From: Cetorhinus maximus
Taxonomy: Eukaryota
Direction of reading: 5' to 3'
NCBI RefSeq assembly: GCF_964194155.1
Contig: NC_135889.1
Coordinates: 84,444,001 to 84,508,000, forward strand
DNA length: 64,000 nucleotides
The position numbers and the translations under genes were made by a program. Positions 1-12,116 of this stretch are shown piece by piece. The notes beneath the pieces were generated by a model that made no database searches, was not told where the DNA came from, and worked only from the letters and a program-made list of their open reading frames with translations. Within the stretch, counting starts at the first letter, position 1. Every line of letters starts with the position of its first letter.

Positions 1-2834
1 ACAACAGTGGAAAGGTTTTTGTAGACTGCTAATGCCATTTCTTCTGTCTCCGGTGCAGGTGAAATCTCTTCTGCTGACCTGAATATCATTGACAGGCTGT
101 CATTCCCCTCCAAGGATGAGGAAGAACCCTCAGACGAAGCACCATCACATCCTCTCTCTAGCCCAAGCAGCAGTGCAGATACCGGCATGCTGGCAGGAAT
201 TAGTGTGTCAGGACAAAGACAGGCACAATCTGGTGAGGCCACTTCACATTCGCATGTGCAGCTGCCAGAGAATATGGTGGAACAAGCCTTGGACAGCTGG
301 AGGAATGCCCGGGGTGATCCAGAGACTGATTTTGAGTTGAATGATGAGCTTCTGGAGTCAGCCATGAGGCAGCAGATGCTGGATGTCCAGCACGAGGTCT
401 GTGGGGATTTGGCGGATATACCAGAGGGGTTGCATGCTCTGGCCTGGACTGTGGAGGTGCCCATCCAGGCCATGTACACTGTGATCATCCACTCTTCAGA
501 GTGCCAAGCTTCCTTCATGGGCAGACTGGCAACTGTCCTGGAGGGGCAAACCAAACATACTGCAGACACAATCATGGGTATGCACTTCAACTTGCACTTT
601 ATCTCATCTTAGGGGCCCATAGCCAGGACAACAGGGGGACTAGGAGCATGGGCACCAAGCCAGCTCCTGGGACCTCATGAGAAGGCAGGGAGGACCACAT
701 GGACCCAGTGGCAAAGGATGAGCAGCAGCTTCCACCCTCTGGAAACACCTCTCAGGACACTTCTGATGGGGGCCGCGTCTCCTCCATCCATCTGCTGTTG
801 ACACAATCCTTGGCCAGTGCTGCAGTGACAGAAGCTCCTCCTGCCACTCAGCAGTACTTCTCGAGCGTGGCAGGCTGCTCAAGGCCTCTGACACATAGAG
901 GACCCCTGCCAAAGTCATCCAGGGTGAGGAAAGTGGATCAGTGCAACTGCAAGCAAGGTGGGGGAGCACTACACCAGAGCACGAGGAAATGCATCAAGAA
1001 AACTCCGCAGTAGTCACCAGGTGAGTCACGTGAGTCTGTTTTTTAAGGTTGTTAATATAATGTCTCATAGTTATTATGTAAGTAAACCCTAACCTCGCTG
1101 TCCCTCATGCAGAGATTATTTTAATATGTTATGCTGTTGAACCTCTTTAGGGAGATAGGCATTAGCTTTAATAATTTGAAGCAGGGCAGGATGCATTCAA
1201 TGTCAATAACTGGATAGAGTGAGTGTGTTGACAGGACAGTGACATGAGTTTCCCATTCCACGTGGAGCAAGGTTTGGACACATGCCACGAGACGAGAACT
1301 TCATAAACTATTGAAACCTCTGCCTTATCAAGGCGCCCCTGATGTCCCAGCCATCCAAGCAATCAAGTCCAGACCCTTCCACCTGATCGTCATCACGTAC
1401 CCTCACCTCATCCTCAGATGAATGGCCCCTATCTACCGTCCCCTCTTCCTCAAGGACATCCTCTCTCTGAATAGCGAGGTTATGGAGGGCGCAGCACACC
1501 ACGACACGTGATGGAGCATGCTGAAAGGTGTCTCCTTATCTGTTAAGGGATCTGGAGCTCCTTTTCAATAGCCCGATGATCTGTTCAACAATGGCCCTGG
1601 TGCTTCTGTGACTTTCATTGTGGTTTGGCACATGTGAGTTAAACAGAATGAAGGACTCAAATCTGCTGCCCAGGTACCTGGCACATACTTGCATGACCCA
1701 TCGATGATCACGGACAAGATGAACATTCAACAAGTGAAAGCCCTTCCTGTTAATAAAAGTGTAGGGCTGTCTAGCTGGTGCCTTTATGGTGATGTGCATG
1801 CAGTCAATGGCTCCCTGAACCCTGGGGAAACCTGCAATCGCCGTGAACCCTCTGGTTCTTTTCAGTTGTCTCTGGCCATCCATTGTGAATGAGGTGTAAT
1901 TTCCTGCCCTTCTGAACATAGCATCAGTGATGATACAGTGATGTGTAGCAGGCTGCGTTATGCCACTGAGGTCTCCATATGCTGCCTGAAAGGATCATGT
2001 CACAAGGAAATTGAGTGCAACAGTGACCTTGACAGCTACAAGCATTGGGTGACCCCCAATGCAGCTGGACGAAATTTCTCCTGCCAGCATGTCATAAAGG
2101 GATGTGACTGTGGCTCTTGGCAGCCTGAGCTACCTCTTGCATTGTGTCTTGGATATCTGCAGATAGCTCAGTCTCTGCCCATATACTCAAGGGCCTGCAT
2201 AAGTCCTTCTACGCCTCCCTTGGGGATTCATGGTGGTTTCCACCCTCATGCATCATCAGTGCATCCTGGACCTCCTGATGTGCCCCTCTTCCTCTCGCTC
2301 TCCTCCTCCTCACTGGAGGTTGTGTCTCCCACAGAGACCACAATCCTCATGTTTAGTCCAATTTGAAGGCTAAGATGATGATCAAGGTTTGAATGGACCT
2401 CTCTGCAGCAGGAATAAGATCTCTACACAAGGTCAGTTGGAAATAAAAACTTTGCTTCTTGTATGAAGTACTTCTAGCAGTCACAAAACTCCGAACTGCT
2501 AAGCTGAAACTCAGGGCTCAGCTGAACCCTTTAAACCTGCCCTAACAACCTGCCTAATAATAAAAATATAACCGGGACACGCACCTGGCGTGAGATACAT
2601 TCTACAAGTGATTTATCGCTCACGACATTTTACTCCAGTCATTTGTCCAATTAATGATCTTAAATACCCCATTTAATTTGAATAAAGCAGACTGGCACCT
2701 GATTTTCAGCCCCACCCAACTGATATATTATCCAGAACTGGCGTGATGATGTTGGGAACTTGACCTAATGTCATTGCACCCAATAATACGTTGGCCACGG
2801 GCGCATAACACTCCTGTTTTCGGAGCATATTATT
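1..2834. mobile_element. PIF/Harbinger DNA transposon A', partial (duplicate of the right part of the element at 44874-49034)
   Basis: Minus-strand transposase remnants (GFTAIAGFPRVQGAIDCMHI, FINRKGFHLLNVHLV, STRAIVEQIIGLLK, CCALHNLA) converge on a plus-strand last exon of the Myb/SANT-like partner gene; degenerate terminal repeat atattattctgc. Confidence 0.88.
1308..2350 (-). pseudogene. Harbinger (HARBI1-like DDE) transposase, frameshifted and internally deleted
   Basis: ATG at 2350 (MRIVVSVGDTTSSEEEES); ORF fragments 1536-1919 and 1308-1502 carry HARBI1-family motifs; the WLLGDxGY segment is missing. Confidence 0.85.
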
Positions 2835-2835
2835 C

Positions 2836-4060
2836 TGCATATATTTCACCTACCAAGTGTCTGCCCATTCCACCAGCCTGTCACTGTCCTCTTGAAGTGT
2901 ACCACTATCCTCTTTGCAGTTCACAATACTTCCAAGTTTTTTTGTCACCTGCAAGTTATAAAATTGTGCCCTGCATACCCAAATCTAGGTCATTCATGCA
3001 CATCAAGAAAAACAATGGTCCTAATACTGACCCCTGGGATATCGTACTCACGGAATCATATCTATTAGCTAACATCCGAGACTCTTCCATCACCAGGCCT
3101 GGTTAGGTCCTGCCCCATCACTGAGATAGACCCACCAGAGGTGGGGGCATAACAGCAGTAGCGCTGGGAGACCTCAACATTCACTCTCCATGAAGTCGCG
3201 GCTTGCAGATCAAACCTTGTGATCACTACCTACCACATATTCTGCCATTCAATGAGGCCAAGGCTGATCAGATACCTAACTCCATATGATCACCTTTATT
3301 CCATATTCCTAAATACATAATCTATCAATATCAGATTTAATATTAACAATTATTCTAAGTATCAATTGCTATTTGCAAAAGAGTTCCAAACTTCTACCCC
3401 TATTTGTGTATGGAAATGTTTCCTAACTTCATTCCTGAAGTGCCTGGTTCTAATTTTTAGGCTATGTCCCCTAGTTCTAGACTACACAATGAGTGAAAAT
3501 AGTTTCTCTCTGTTGAATTTCCATCCCTGATTGAATATTAATTTCCCTGGGATGTCTGGCATGCTATCCTCTTCCTTTACCCTAAATACTTACACCAAGT
3601 AATTATTCAACATGCCCACCATTTCCTTACTTTCATTTATAATACCACCGTCACCAGTTTACAAGGCACCCACATTGCTCATTACCACCCTCTTTTTTTT
3701 CTAATGGTAAAGAATTTTTGTGTGATTTTAATATGCCTTGAAAATTTCTTTTCACACTCCCTTCTTGTAACTCAAACTGTTCATCAACTTTTGTTGTTTT
3801 CTGCATAACTTAATATCAGGATCTACGCTTGTATTTTGGCATTTTTGTATGCTTTACCTTTTAGTTTTATGTTGCCCTTACTTCCTTTTTTTGTCCATGG
3901 CTGCTTTTTTGGCTAGTAGAGCTCTTGTCTCTTAGGGTATAAACTAGTCCTGTAACATTAAATTACTTGTGAACACCTCTTCTGTCTATTTTTACCCATT
4001 AATAGCTTTGTCCAGTTCACTTTGGACAGTCCCTGTCTCGACACACTGAAGTCAGAATTG
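2836..4060 (-). mobile_element. Decayed CR1-type LINE fragments
   Basis: Antisense CR1 RT and 3' sequence (cagtattaggaccattgttt, gaatgggcagacacttgg, actaggggacatagcctaaaaattagaaccaggcacttcaggaatgaagttaggaaacatttc). Confidence 0.6.
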
Positions 4061-4331
4061 CCTAAATCTTGAATTTTGGATTCTAGAACTGTAGCACACT
4101 GAGCCTTTAACAAGATCACCTTAATCAACCCAAATAAAGAATTGAATCTAGGACTGTTTTGGTTTGTACTCAGTATGGTGCATTTATCACATACTTGACG
4201 ATGAAGGGAATTGTACCAAAGAAAATTTCTTCAAATTTCTAACTACATGGGGGCAAACTGAGCTACACAGCAATATTCAGGTGAAAGTGCTATAGATCAT
4301 ATATGCATCCACCAACCAGTTGTAAAACATA

Positions 4332-5412
4332 TGCTACGATTCTTGGCCAGACCCCAAGTTGTTGGTGAGGCTCGGTTCAGGACCAATAACGTTTTTTTTT
4401 AAATTAGGCAAAGTTTGAGATTCAAGATACTTACTGAGTGAAGAAAGCCACAGGATTCCATGGGTTTAGAACAAACAAAGATAAACTTTACTATACAAGT
4501 TCAGAAAGGTAAACACTTTACAATATCTATCTTACACTCCAACATTCAGGGTAAGTGTGAAGTATGTGTGAATTAACAGGCAAACTGTGGTTGAACACAC
4601 CCCACTACAGAATAAATGCCAAATGCTACCAAAATAGATTCCATCAATTTCTCAACAACCTGCCCAGACATTCGTCACACTGAGTCAAACAATCTCACTG
4701 AAACTTCGTCTCTCTCATGAGGGTTCCCAATCTTCACTTCGAAGATCTTGCCTTGGAGTCTCTCCAACTCAGACAGTTTCAACAACGGCCCATCTCACAG
4801 GATTTCAATCTCACCCTCTGAGATTACATTCCCCTGGATTTCCGAGTTCACTCAAGCATCAATTTACAATTCAGATCTTTGGCGGTGTCAAGCAGGACAC
4901 CATTGCTCCAAAGGAGTACCTTTACCCCAGTGGCCCGCAGCACGGAGTCACCAACCTTCGGCTGCCTTCTCGGATCTTCAGGTCTTCTTATGAGCCCCCT
5001 TAGATTATCAGGGCTTCTCCCAAGCCCACTTCACTTAAAGTCTGCTCCCCACAGCCCTTTATTTAACTTGTAGCCTGTTTCTCTGATCCTTTCCTTTTAC
5101 TTAACTGATACCCGTTTCTGTCCCCTGTGTTTGTACCTTACCTGGGACTTCCTTTTGGGACCTGTCCCTGTCCCTCTCCCTGGGATACTTATTTTCTGAT
5201 TAAAACTGAATGACTGACTCAAATTGACTGTTCATTGACCCTTAAACTGATCTGGTGACCTTTCAAAACACTCAAAGAGGGTCCCACCCTTGTTACTAGG
5301 CAGAAATAAATGTAACAAACAGTGGAACATCCTGTACCTTAAATGTTACAATCTCTACAGACTATAAGCTTACATAGCACTCAGAGACACAGAATGAATG
5401 GATTTCATAACG
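4332..5412 (-). mobile_element. Probable solo LTR (~1.08 kb)
   Basis: Ends tgctacga...ttcataacg resemble a degenerate TG...CA terminal inverted repeat; flanks cata/tata resemble a 4-bp TSD; AGTAAA on the minus strand near the left end. Copy at 50523-51603. Confidence 0.45.
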
Positions 5413-6174
5413 TATAATACATGAATGTTAGGTGAAAAACACAAAACATGGCAGAGAATACATTTCCCCACCCCTCATACTAAATATTCCCATTTCTGAG
5501 AACGTTACATAATTTCTTCCAAAAGCAAATCTGGCTAACTTAATAAATAATATTTGAATATTGCAATTTGAAATGAAACATCCAAATTTTTTCAGCATTT
5601 AGAAATATCAGTCTGACAATTCTAATTATCAATGTGCTGCATGTTGCGTTTACAGTCTTCAAAATAGTCAGAAGAAAACATAATTACTGCTCTCAACTAT
5701 ATCACACCAAGGCATTGATTTAGTTAATGTTTTATTTCATATCCATGAAAATTCAACAAATAGTAAATTGCCTGATCAGGTTACTGTAAGTGTTATACTC
5801 ATCATTCTCCATTTTATGATGTTTTTTTAAAAACAGGTTATTTGTCTACTCTTAGCAATTGCTACATTTGTAATCCAAATATTGAGCTATGAAGGTCAGT
5901 TATTTCTTCTAGACCTAACTGCTAAGAGCATAATGATAATCTACATCATTCCTTCAATTTATATAAATATAAAAAGCACATTTGAACATTCTAATAAATG
6001 AAGTGCAACAGTAGCTAGCCCCCTGTGTTTGTACAGTGAATTTCCTAATGTACAATTATTGGGAAAAGAAATCTGGAAAAAAAACATTGGATATATTGCA
6101 CATGGTTTTATCTTCATCAGATTCACGCTAGCAAGTGATATAGTTGACTAGAAAGTGCCTGATAAGTTAACAGC

Positions 6175-6480
6175 CTTTAAATTTTTACAGGGCTTGACAA
6201 ATTAGATGCTAAGAGATTGACTCCCCTAGTTAACCATGCATCTCCCTAGTTAATCATTTAAGACTCAGATGGGACATTGCTTCACCCGAAGATTGTGAAT
6301 CTTTAGAGTTCTCTACCCCAGAGGGTATGTGGATGCTCAGCAGTTCAGTATATTTATGAAAAAGATCAATAGATTTTTGGATACTAAGGAAAATGGGGAT
6401 AGCACCGGAAAGTGGGGTCTAGAAAATCCATCATAATCTTATGGAGTAGTGGAACAGACTATTTCTGCTTTTAATTTTTT
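6175..6480 (+). mobile_element. CR1 LINE 3' fragment at the duplication breakpoint
   Basis: cagggcttgacaaattagatgc...gtgaatctttagagttctctaccccagagg...gatcaatagatttttggatactaagg matches other CR1 3' ends in the window (e.g. 63730-63990). Confidence 0.75.
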
Positions 6481-6639
6481 ACATTTATAAAAATGTAAAT
6501 AAAATCAGCTTACTCCAGAGTTTCTGAATTTACTTCAACAAATTTTGGATTAGAAAGAAAAGGAACAGTGATAAATTGGGCACATGAACTTCATACAGTG
6601 GTAACATACTCTGAAATAGGGGATGAGCACAGAATCTGG

Positions 6640-6870
6640 ATTGACACTTTGGCAGAATCCATCAGTTAGGTGTCACCTTTCAAAAGGGATCTTAAACTAA
6701 AGCCCAATCTGCTTGTTCAGGTGCACATTAAAGATCTCATGGCATTATTTGCAGAAGAGCGTTTCTGTCAAATGTCCAAAATTTACATCTGAACCTACAC
6801 CACTATAAAGCATTTTAGGACATCAGAGGACATGAAATGTGCTACATGAATGCAAATTCATTCTTTCACC
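6640..6870 (+). mobile_element. Old Deu-domain SINE (SacSINE1/AmnSINE-like) fragment
   Basis: cccaatctgcttgttcaggtgcacattaaagatctcatggcattatttgcagaagag followed by an L2-like tail (atgaaatgtgctacatgaatgcaaattcattcttt). Confidence 0.55.
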
Positions 6871-7140
6871 CACCCTTGACACTTGCTAGAACATTTGTTT
6901 CAAAGGCCTTTGAAATCAATAAAGATGCCTTGGATGCCAAAATAGTACTGGGGTTGGATTATGAATAACTGTTTCAGAAGCTCATTTATGGGAGGATACT
7001 AGAGCACTACACCTCACCTCAAGACATTTGTACTTTGGCTTTCTGATAAAGAAGTCAATTATGACCAACGTTTACCATCTTTGCACTACAAGGTAGCTAA
7101 CAAAGAGGAAACATTTGAGGCCTGCTTTATACAATTAGAT

Positions 7141-9858
7141 TTTTTTTTAATTCATTCACGGGATGTGGGCTTCACTGGCTGAGCCAGCATTTATTGCCCA
7201 TCCCTAGTTGCCCTTGAGAAGGTGGTGGTGAGCTGCCTTCTTGAACAGCTGCAGTCCATTTGATGCAGGAACACCCACAGTGCTGTTAGGGAGTGAGTTC
7301 CAGGATTTTGATCCAGCGATAGTAAAGGAATGGCGATATATTTCCTGGTCAGGATGATGAGAGACTTAGATGGGAACACCACAACCTGGAAGTTCCCCTC
7401 CATCTGCTGCCTTGTCCTTAGAGTGGTCGTGGGTTTGGAAGGTGCTGTAAAAGAGCCTTGATGAATTCCTGCAGTGTATCTTATAGATGGTACACACTGC
7501 TGCTACTATGCAATGGTGGCAGAGGGAGTGAATGTTTGTGGATGTGATGCCAATCAAGCAGGCTGCTTTGTCCTGAACAGTGTCCAGCTTCTTCAGTGTT
7601 GTGGGAGTTGCACTCATCCAGGCTAGCAGGGGGTATTCCATCACACTCCTGACTTGTACCTTGTAGGTGGTGGACAGGCTTTGGGGAGTCAGGTGGTGAG
7701 TTACTCGTCACACGATTCCTAGCCTCTGACCTGCTCATGCAGCCACAGTATTTATATGGCTAATCCAGTTCAGTTTCTGGTCAGGATGTTGACAGTGGGG
7801 GATTCAGTGATGGTAATGCCATTGAATGTCAAGGGGCGATGGTTGGATTCTCTCTTGTTGGAGATAGTTATTGCCTGACACTTGTGTGGCACAAATGTTA
7901 CTTGCCACTTGGCAGCCCAGGCCTGGATACTGTCCAGATCTTGCTGCATTTAGACACGGACTGCTTCAGTATCTGAGGAGTTGCGAATGGTGAGCATTGT
8001 GCAATCATCAGTGAACATCCCCACTTCTGACATTATGATAGAAGGAAGATCGTTGATGAAGCAGCTGAAGATGTTTGGGCCGAGGACACTGCCCTGAGGA
8101 ATTCTTGCAGCGATGTCCTGGAGCTGAGACGATTGACCTCCAACAACCACAACCATCTTCCTTTGTCCTAGGTAAGACTCCAACCAACAGAGAGTTTTCC
8201 CCCTGATTACCATTGACTCCAATTTTGTTAGGGTTCCTTGATGCCACACTCGGTCAAATGCTGCCTTGATGTCGGGGACAGTCACTCTCACCTCACCTCG
8301 GGAGTTCAGCTCGTTTGTCCATGTTTGAACCAAGGCTGTAAGGAGGTCAGGAGCTGAGTGGCCCTGGCAGAACCCAAACTGGGCAGTGAGCAGGTTATTG
8401 CTAAGCAAGTGCCGCTTGATAGCACTGTTGATGACTCCTTCCATTACTTTACTGATGATCGAGAGTAGACTGATGGGGCGGTAATTGGCCGGGTTGGATT
8501 TGTCCTGCTTTATGTGTACAGGACATATCTGGGCAATTTTCCACATAGCCGGGTAGATGCTAGTGTTGTAGCTGTACTGGAACAACTTGGCTAGGGGTGC
8601 CGCAAGTTCTGGAGTATAAGTCTTCAGTACTATTGCCGGGATATTGTCAGGGCCCATAGCCTTTGCAGTATCCAGTGCCTTCAGCTGTTTCTTGTGATCA
8701 CATGGAGCAAATCGAATTGGTTGATGACAGGCATCTGTGATGCTGGGGACCTCCAGAGGAGGCTGAGACGGATCATCCACTTGGCACTTCTCGCTGAAGA
8801 TTGCAGCAAATGCCTCAAACTTATCTTTTGTACTGATGTGCTGGGCTCTTCCATCATTGAGGATGGTGATATTTGTGGAGCCACCTCTTCCAGTGAGTTG
8901 ATTACTTGTCCACCACCATTCACGACTGGATGTGTCAGGACTGCAGAGCTTAGATCTGATCCGTTGGTTGTGGGATCGCTTAGCTCTGTCTATCACTTGC
9001 TGCTTATGCTGTTTGGCACGTAAGTAGTCCTGTGTTATAGCTTCACCAGGTTGACACCACATTTTTAGGTATGCCTGGTGTTGCTCCTGGCATGCACACC
9101 TGTACTCATCATTGAACCCGGGTTGATCCCCTGGCTTGATGGTCATGGTCGAGTGGGGGATATGCTGGGCCATGAGGTTACAGATTGTGTTTGAGTACAA
9201 TTCTGCTGCTGCTGATGGCCCACAGCGCCTAATGGATGCCCAGTCTTGTGTTGCTAGATCTGTTCGAAATCTATCCCATTTAGCACGGTAGTAGCGCCAC
9301 ACAACACGATGGAGGGGATCCGCAATGTGAAGGCAGGACTTCGTCTCCATAAGGACTGTGGAGCAGTCATTCCTACCAATACTGTCACGGACAGATTTGA
9401 GGATGAGGTCAAGTATGCTTTTCCCTCTTGTTGGTTCCCTCACCACCTGCTGCAGCCCCAGTCTAGCAGCTATGTCATTTAGGACTCGGCCAGCTCAGTC
9501 AGTAGTGGTGCCACTGAGCCACTCTTGGTGATGGATATTGAAGTCCCCCTACCAGAGTACATTCTGTGCCCTTGTCACCCTCAATGCTTCCTCCAACATA
9601 GGTGTTCAACATAGAGGAGCACTGAATCATCAGCTGAGGGAGAGCAGTACATGGTAATCCGCAGGGGGTTTCGTTGCCCAATTTTGACCTGATGCCATCA
9701 GACTTCATAGGGTGCAGCGTCAATGTTGAGGGCTCCCAGGGCAACTCCCTCCCGACTGTATACCACTGTGCTGTCACCTCTGCTGGGTCTGTCCTGCCAG
9801 TGGGACAAGACATACCCAGGGACGGTGATGGTGGCGTTTGGGATATTGACTGTAAAGT
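7141..9858 (-). mobile_element. 5'-truncated non-LTR retrotransposon (CR1-group LINE, endonuclease C-terminus + RT)
   Basis: ORF 7950-9446 has PTRGKSILDL, KAMGPDNIP, PANYRPISLLS, QFGF, DIKAAFDRVWH, PQGSVLGP and FTDD. The 3' tail gggcaataaatgctggc...cccacatccc.tgaatgaa + poly(A) lies at 7141-7210. Confidence 0.92.
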
Positions 9859-10518
9859 ATAAGATGAGATAGAAGAATATGGTATTATCCTGATAATTTC
9901 ATGTACAGCAACTTCAATGTTGTGAAAAAATAAAATTCCTGGAATAGTAATATGGAAACAGAATGCCAGATAGGTCACACAATTGTCCGTCACATCTTAA
10001 CTGCTGTAAGATGCAAAGCTGATACCAATTTTTTTTTGCAATCGTGCAAATCCAAGAAATCTATTTCAAATATTCCAATTTGGTCTCAAACAATGCAAAT
10101 TAAAAGACAGCATTCATCAAAAAAAAAATCAAAAATAGAAAAACCATGGGTGCAGTGGTACCACTTGCCTAGTTTGGTGGATCAGCTTCCCTACCAAAGG
10201 TGATGGAACTGTAGCCACCAATGCTTCAACTGGTGTAAGCTACCTCAAAATGCTATCCCACTGATATGAATAGATCCCACTATCTGAAAGTAACCGAACT
10301 GAAGGGTTTCCAGATAGTTCAAAATAGCCTTTCCAACCAGAACAAGTTCCTGTCAGTGATTGAAGCAGCAGTGTTGCTCGATTCATAAATGCAATGGAGG
10401 TTTCACATCATAATTACAGCTTACTGAATTCCATGGTGAGCTCGTTTCTCTCGATCATGATCACACAACCTATGTATTGATGGGTTGCCCTCTTTTCCAA
10501 ACACCAGGACGTACCTAC

Positions 10519-10649
10519 CTGTACTGCCAGCCCTTTCCTCTCCCCACCAGTTTGTGGACAGGCGCTTCTGCTTTCACATCAGGTTCAGGCACTTTCATGG
10601 AGGCTGAGGCTGAGGCTGAAGCTGTAACTGTCACGTCCCCTCCTTGCAT
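10519..10649 (-). CDS. OSBPL11: Oxysterol-binding protein-related protein 11, first coding exon
   Basis: Translates to MQGGDVTVTASASASASMKVPEPDVKAEAPVHKLVGRGKGWQY+AG|gtaggt. This matches the recalled vertebrate OSBPL11 N-terminus (MQGG...MKV.E...KGWQYS), has a phase-2 GT donor and lies in a CpG-rich island. No downstream exons were found in the window. Confidence 0.82.
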
Positions 10650-11000
10650 TGTTGAACGCCTGCAGCCGCTCCGGCCGGGGTCTCCGGGTTTACAGTGAGA
10701 CCGAGCCGGTGTGAGAGTAGGCCGGGGTTGGGGATGCGGCTGTGTTACAGGCTGCAGGATACCCAGCCAGCGCCTGCGCTCCAAGTGGCAATTAGCAGAG
10801 ACCCCCTGCCCACATTGTCACCCGCCAGACTGACCCGGAAGCTGTTAAAGGAACGGAAACCACTGGCGACAAGCGCCGCCTGTAGGCCGAGGTCACCTGT
10901 AGTGACGTCAGTTCAAAGCCATGTCTTCCGGGTTGCCAGCGAGGTGAGAGGGGAAACCCCTTTGTTAATGATGTCAAGTCGCCATATTTGTGCGGGGCAC
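10650..11000 (-). promoter_or_regulatory. CpG-rich housekeeping-type promoter/5'UTR of the OSBPL11-like gene
   Basis: Local CpG enrichment; perfect CRE palindrome TGACGTCA at 10903-10910; ETS-type CCGGAAG motifs (~10835 and antisense ~10925); YY1-type CGCCATATT at 10980-10988. Confidence 0.7.
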
Positions 11001-11089
11001 AGCCAACACAGATCTGACCTGACATCCATTCCTGCTGATGTTGGCCATGGCACATTTGCCTCTCTTTTGTTTCTGTACAGATAACAATC

Positions 11090-11830
11090 AACAGCGACTC
11101 CTTTTCATTGGCGTCCTTGCTCCTTGCACCCAGAGACTGAAGCTGCTCATTTGCAAATCCTTCCATTGCTCTTCATAATTACCCCACCTCGTTGAACATC
11201 CTCGGCTTCTCCCTCAGGATGAAGCTGGTGGTTCGCAAACTTCGCTTCTCTTTGATCCTAAGTGCATGGGTCTGTTGCCAGGACCAGATTCTTCCTTGTC
11301 CAAGAAACTTTCTGCAGACTCTTGTTGCCACGGAAACCTTAATCCACACTTTCATTGCCTCACGTATTGACTTCTTAAACCTCGCCCTTAATAAATTTCA
11401 CTGATTTAGATGTTCACAGTCCATGTCTTGTCATATCCCATTGTTACCGAGCTGCAATAATACCCTGTAGCCCAGTGAATTGATTTTGGTATCCTTGTCC
11501 TTATCTTCAAACCTCTCCAGGGCCTATTTGTGTCCAAAATGAGCTATATTCACCAGCTGTACTCTCCGTTCCTTTTGACTATGGATTTCTACTTGTTTCC
11601 GAGAGGCTGGTAACAGTTACTATGGTCCAGCGCTCCAAATTATCTTCTACACAATATTTTGGTTTTCTACACTTTACCCCACCCCCAATTCAAAATCTTT
11701 CCAAACAACAAACACCCACCCATTCTACCCTGCCTTTGGTCTTGCCCAGTTAAAAATGCTCTTTTTACTATTCAATGCCCATCTATCCACAAAAGTGCTT
11801 TTAAATGTTTTACATGAGATGTACCAAACA
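11090..11830 (+). mobile_element. Highly decayed L2 LINE 3' region
   Basis: gaaaccttaatccacactttcattgcctcacgtattgacttcttaaac (ETLIHTFIASRIDFLN resembles the L2 'ETLIHAFITSRLDYCN' motif). Confidence 0.55.
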
Positions 11831-12116
11831 TAAAGTGTTTATAGCATTAATTATTTAAGGCTGATCTATTAATCATTGATAAAGAATTGGGAGGTTTATG
11901 TACATGGGAGGTATGTTGGTGTTAAAGTAATTTTTTATGTGATTTTAGTGAAAATGCTGAATTTTGTAATTTTTTCTTTGTATTTAAGAAATAACTGGGA
12001 TTCACATCTTGATTCCTTTAAAGCTTATTGAATTCCTATAAATATTACAACATACCATTTAGATAAATAATTTGTAATATTTCTTTCTGTTTTGCCATAG
12101 AAGCCAAACTTCATCA

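Larger units (their letters stand above)
1..6174 (+). repeat. Segmental duplication copy 1 (direct repeat of 46193-52367; extends beyond window start)
   Basis: Sequence and ORF track repeat at an offset of ~46192 with scattered substitutions and small indels (e.g. tacact 475-480 vs tgcgct 46667-46672). Identity stops after gataagttaacagc (6174 / 52367). Confidence 0.97.

Noticed and set aside
10601-10623. (gaggct)n repeat
   Set aside because: Explained as a coding Ala-Ser repeat inside OSBPL11 exon 1.
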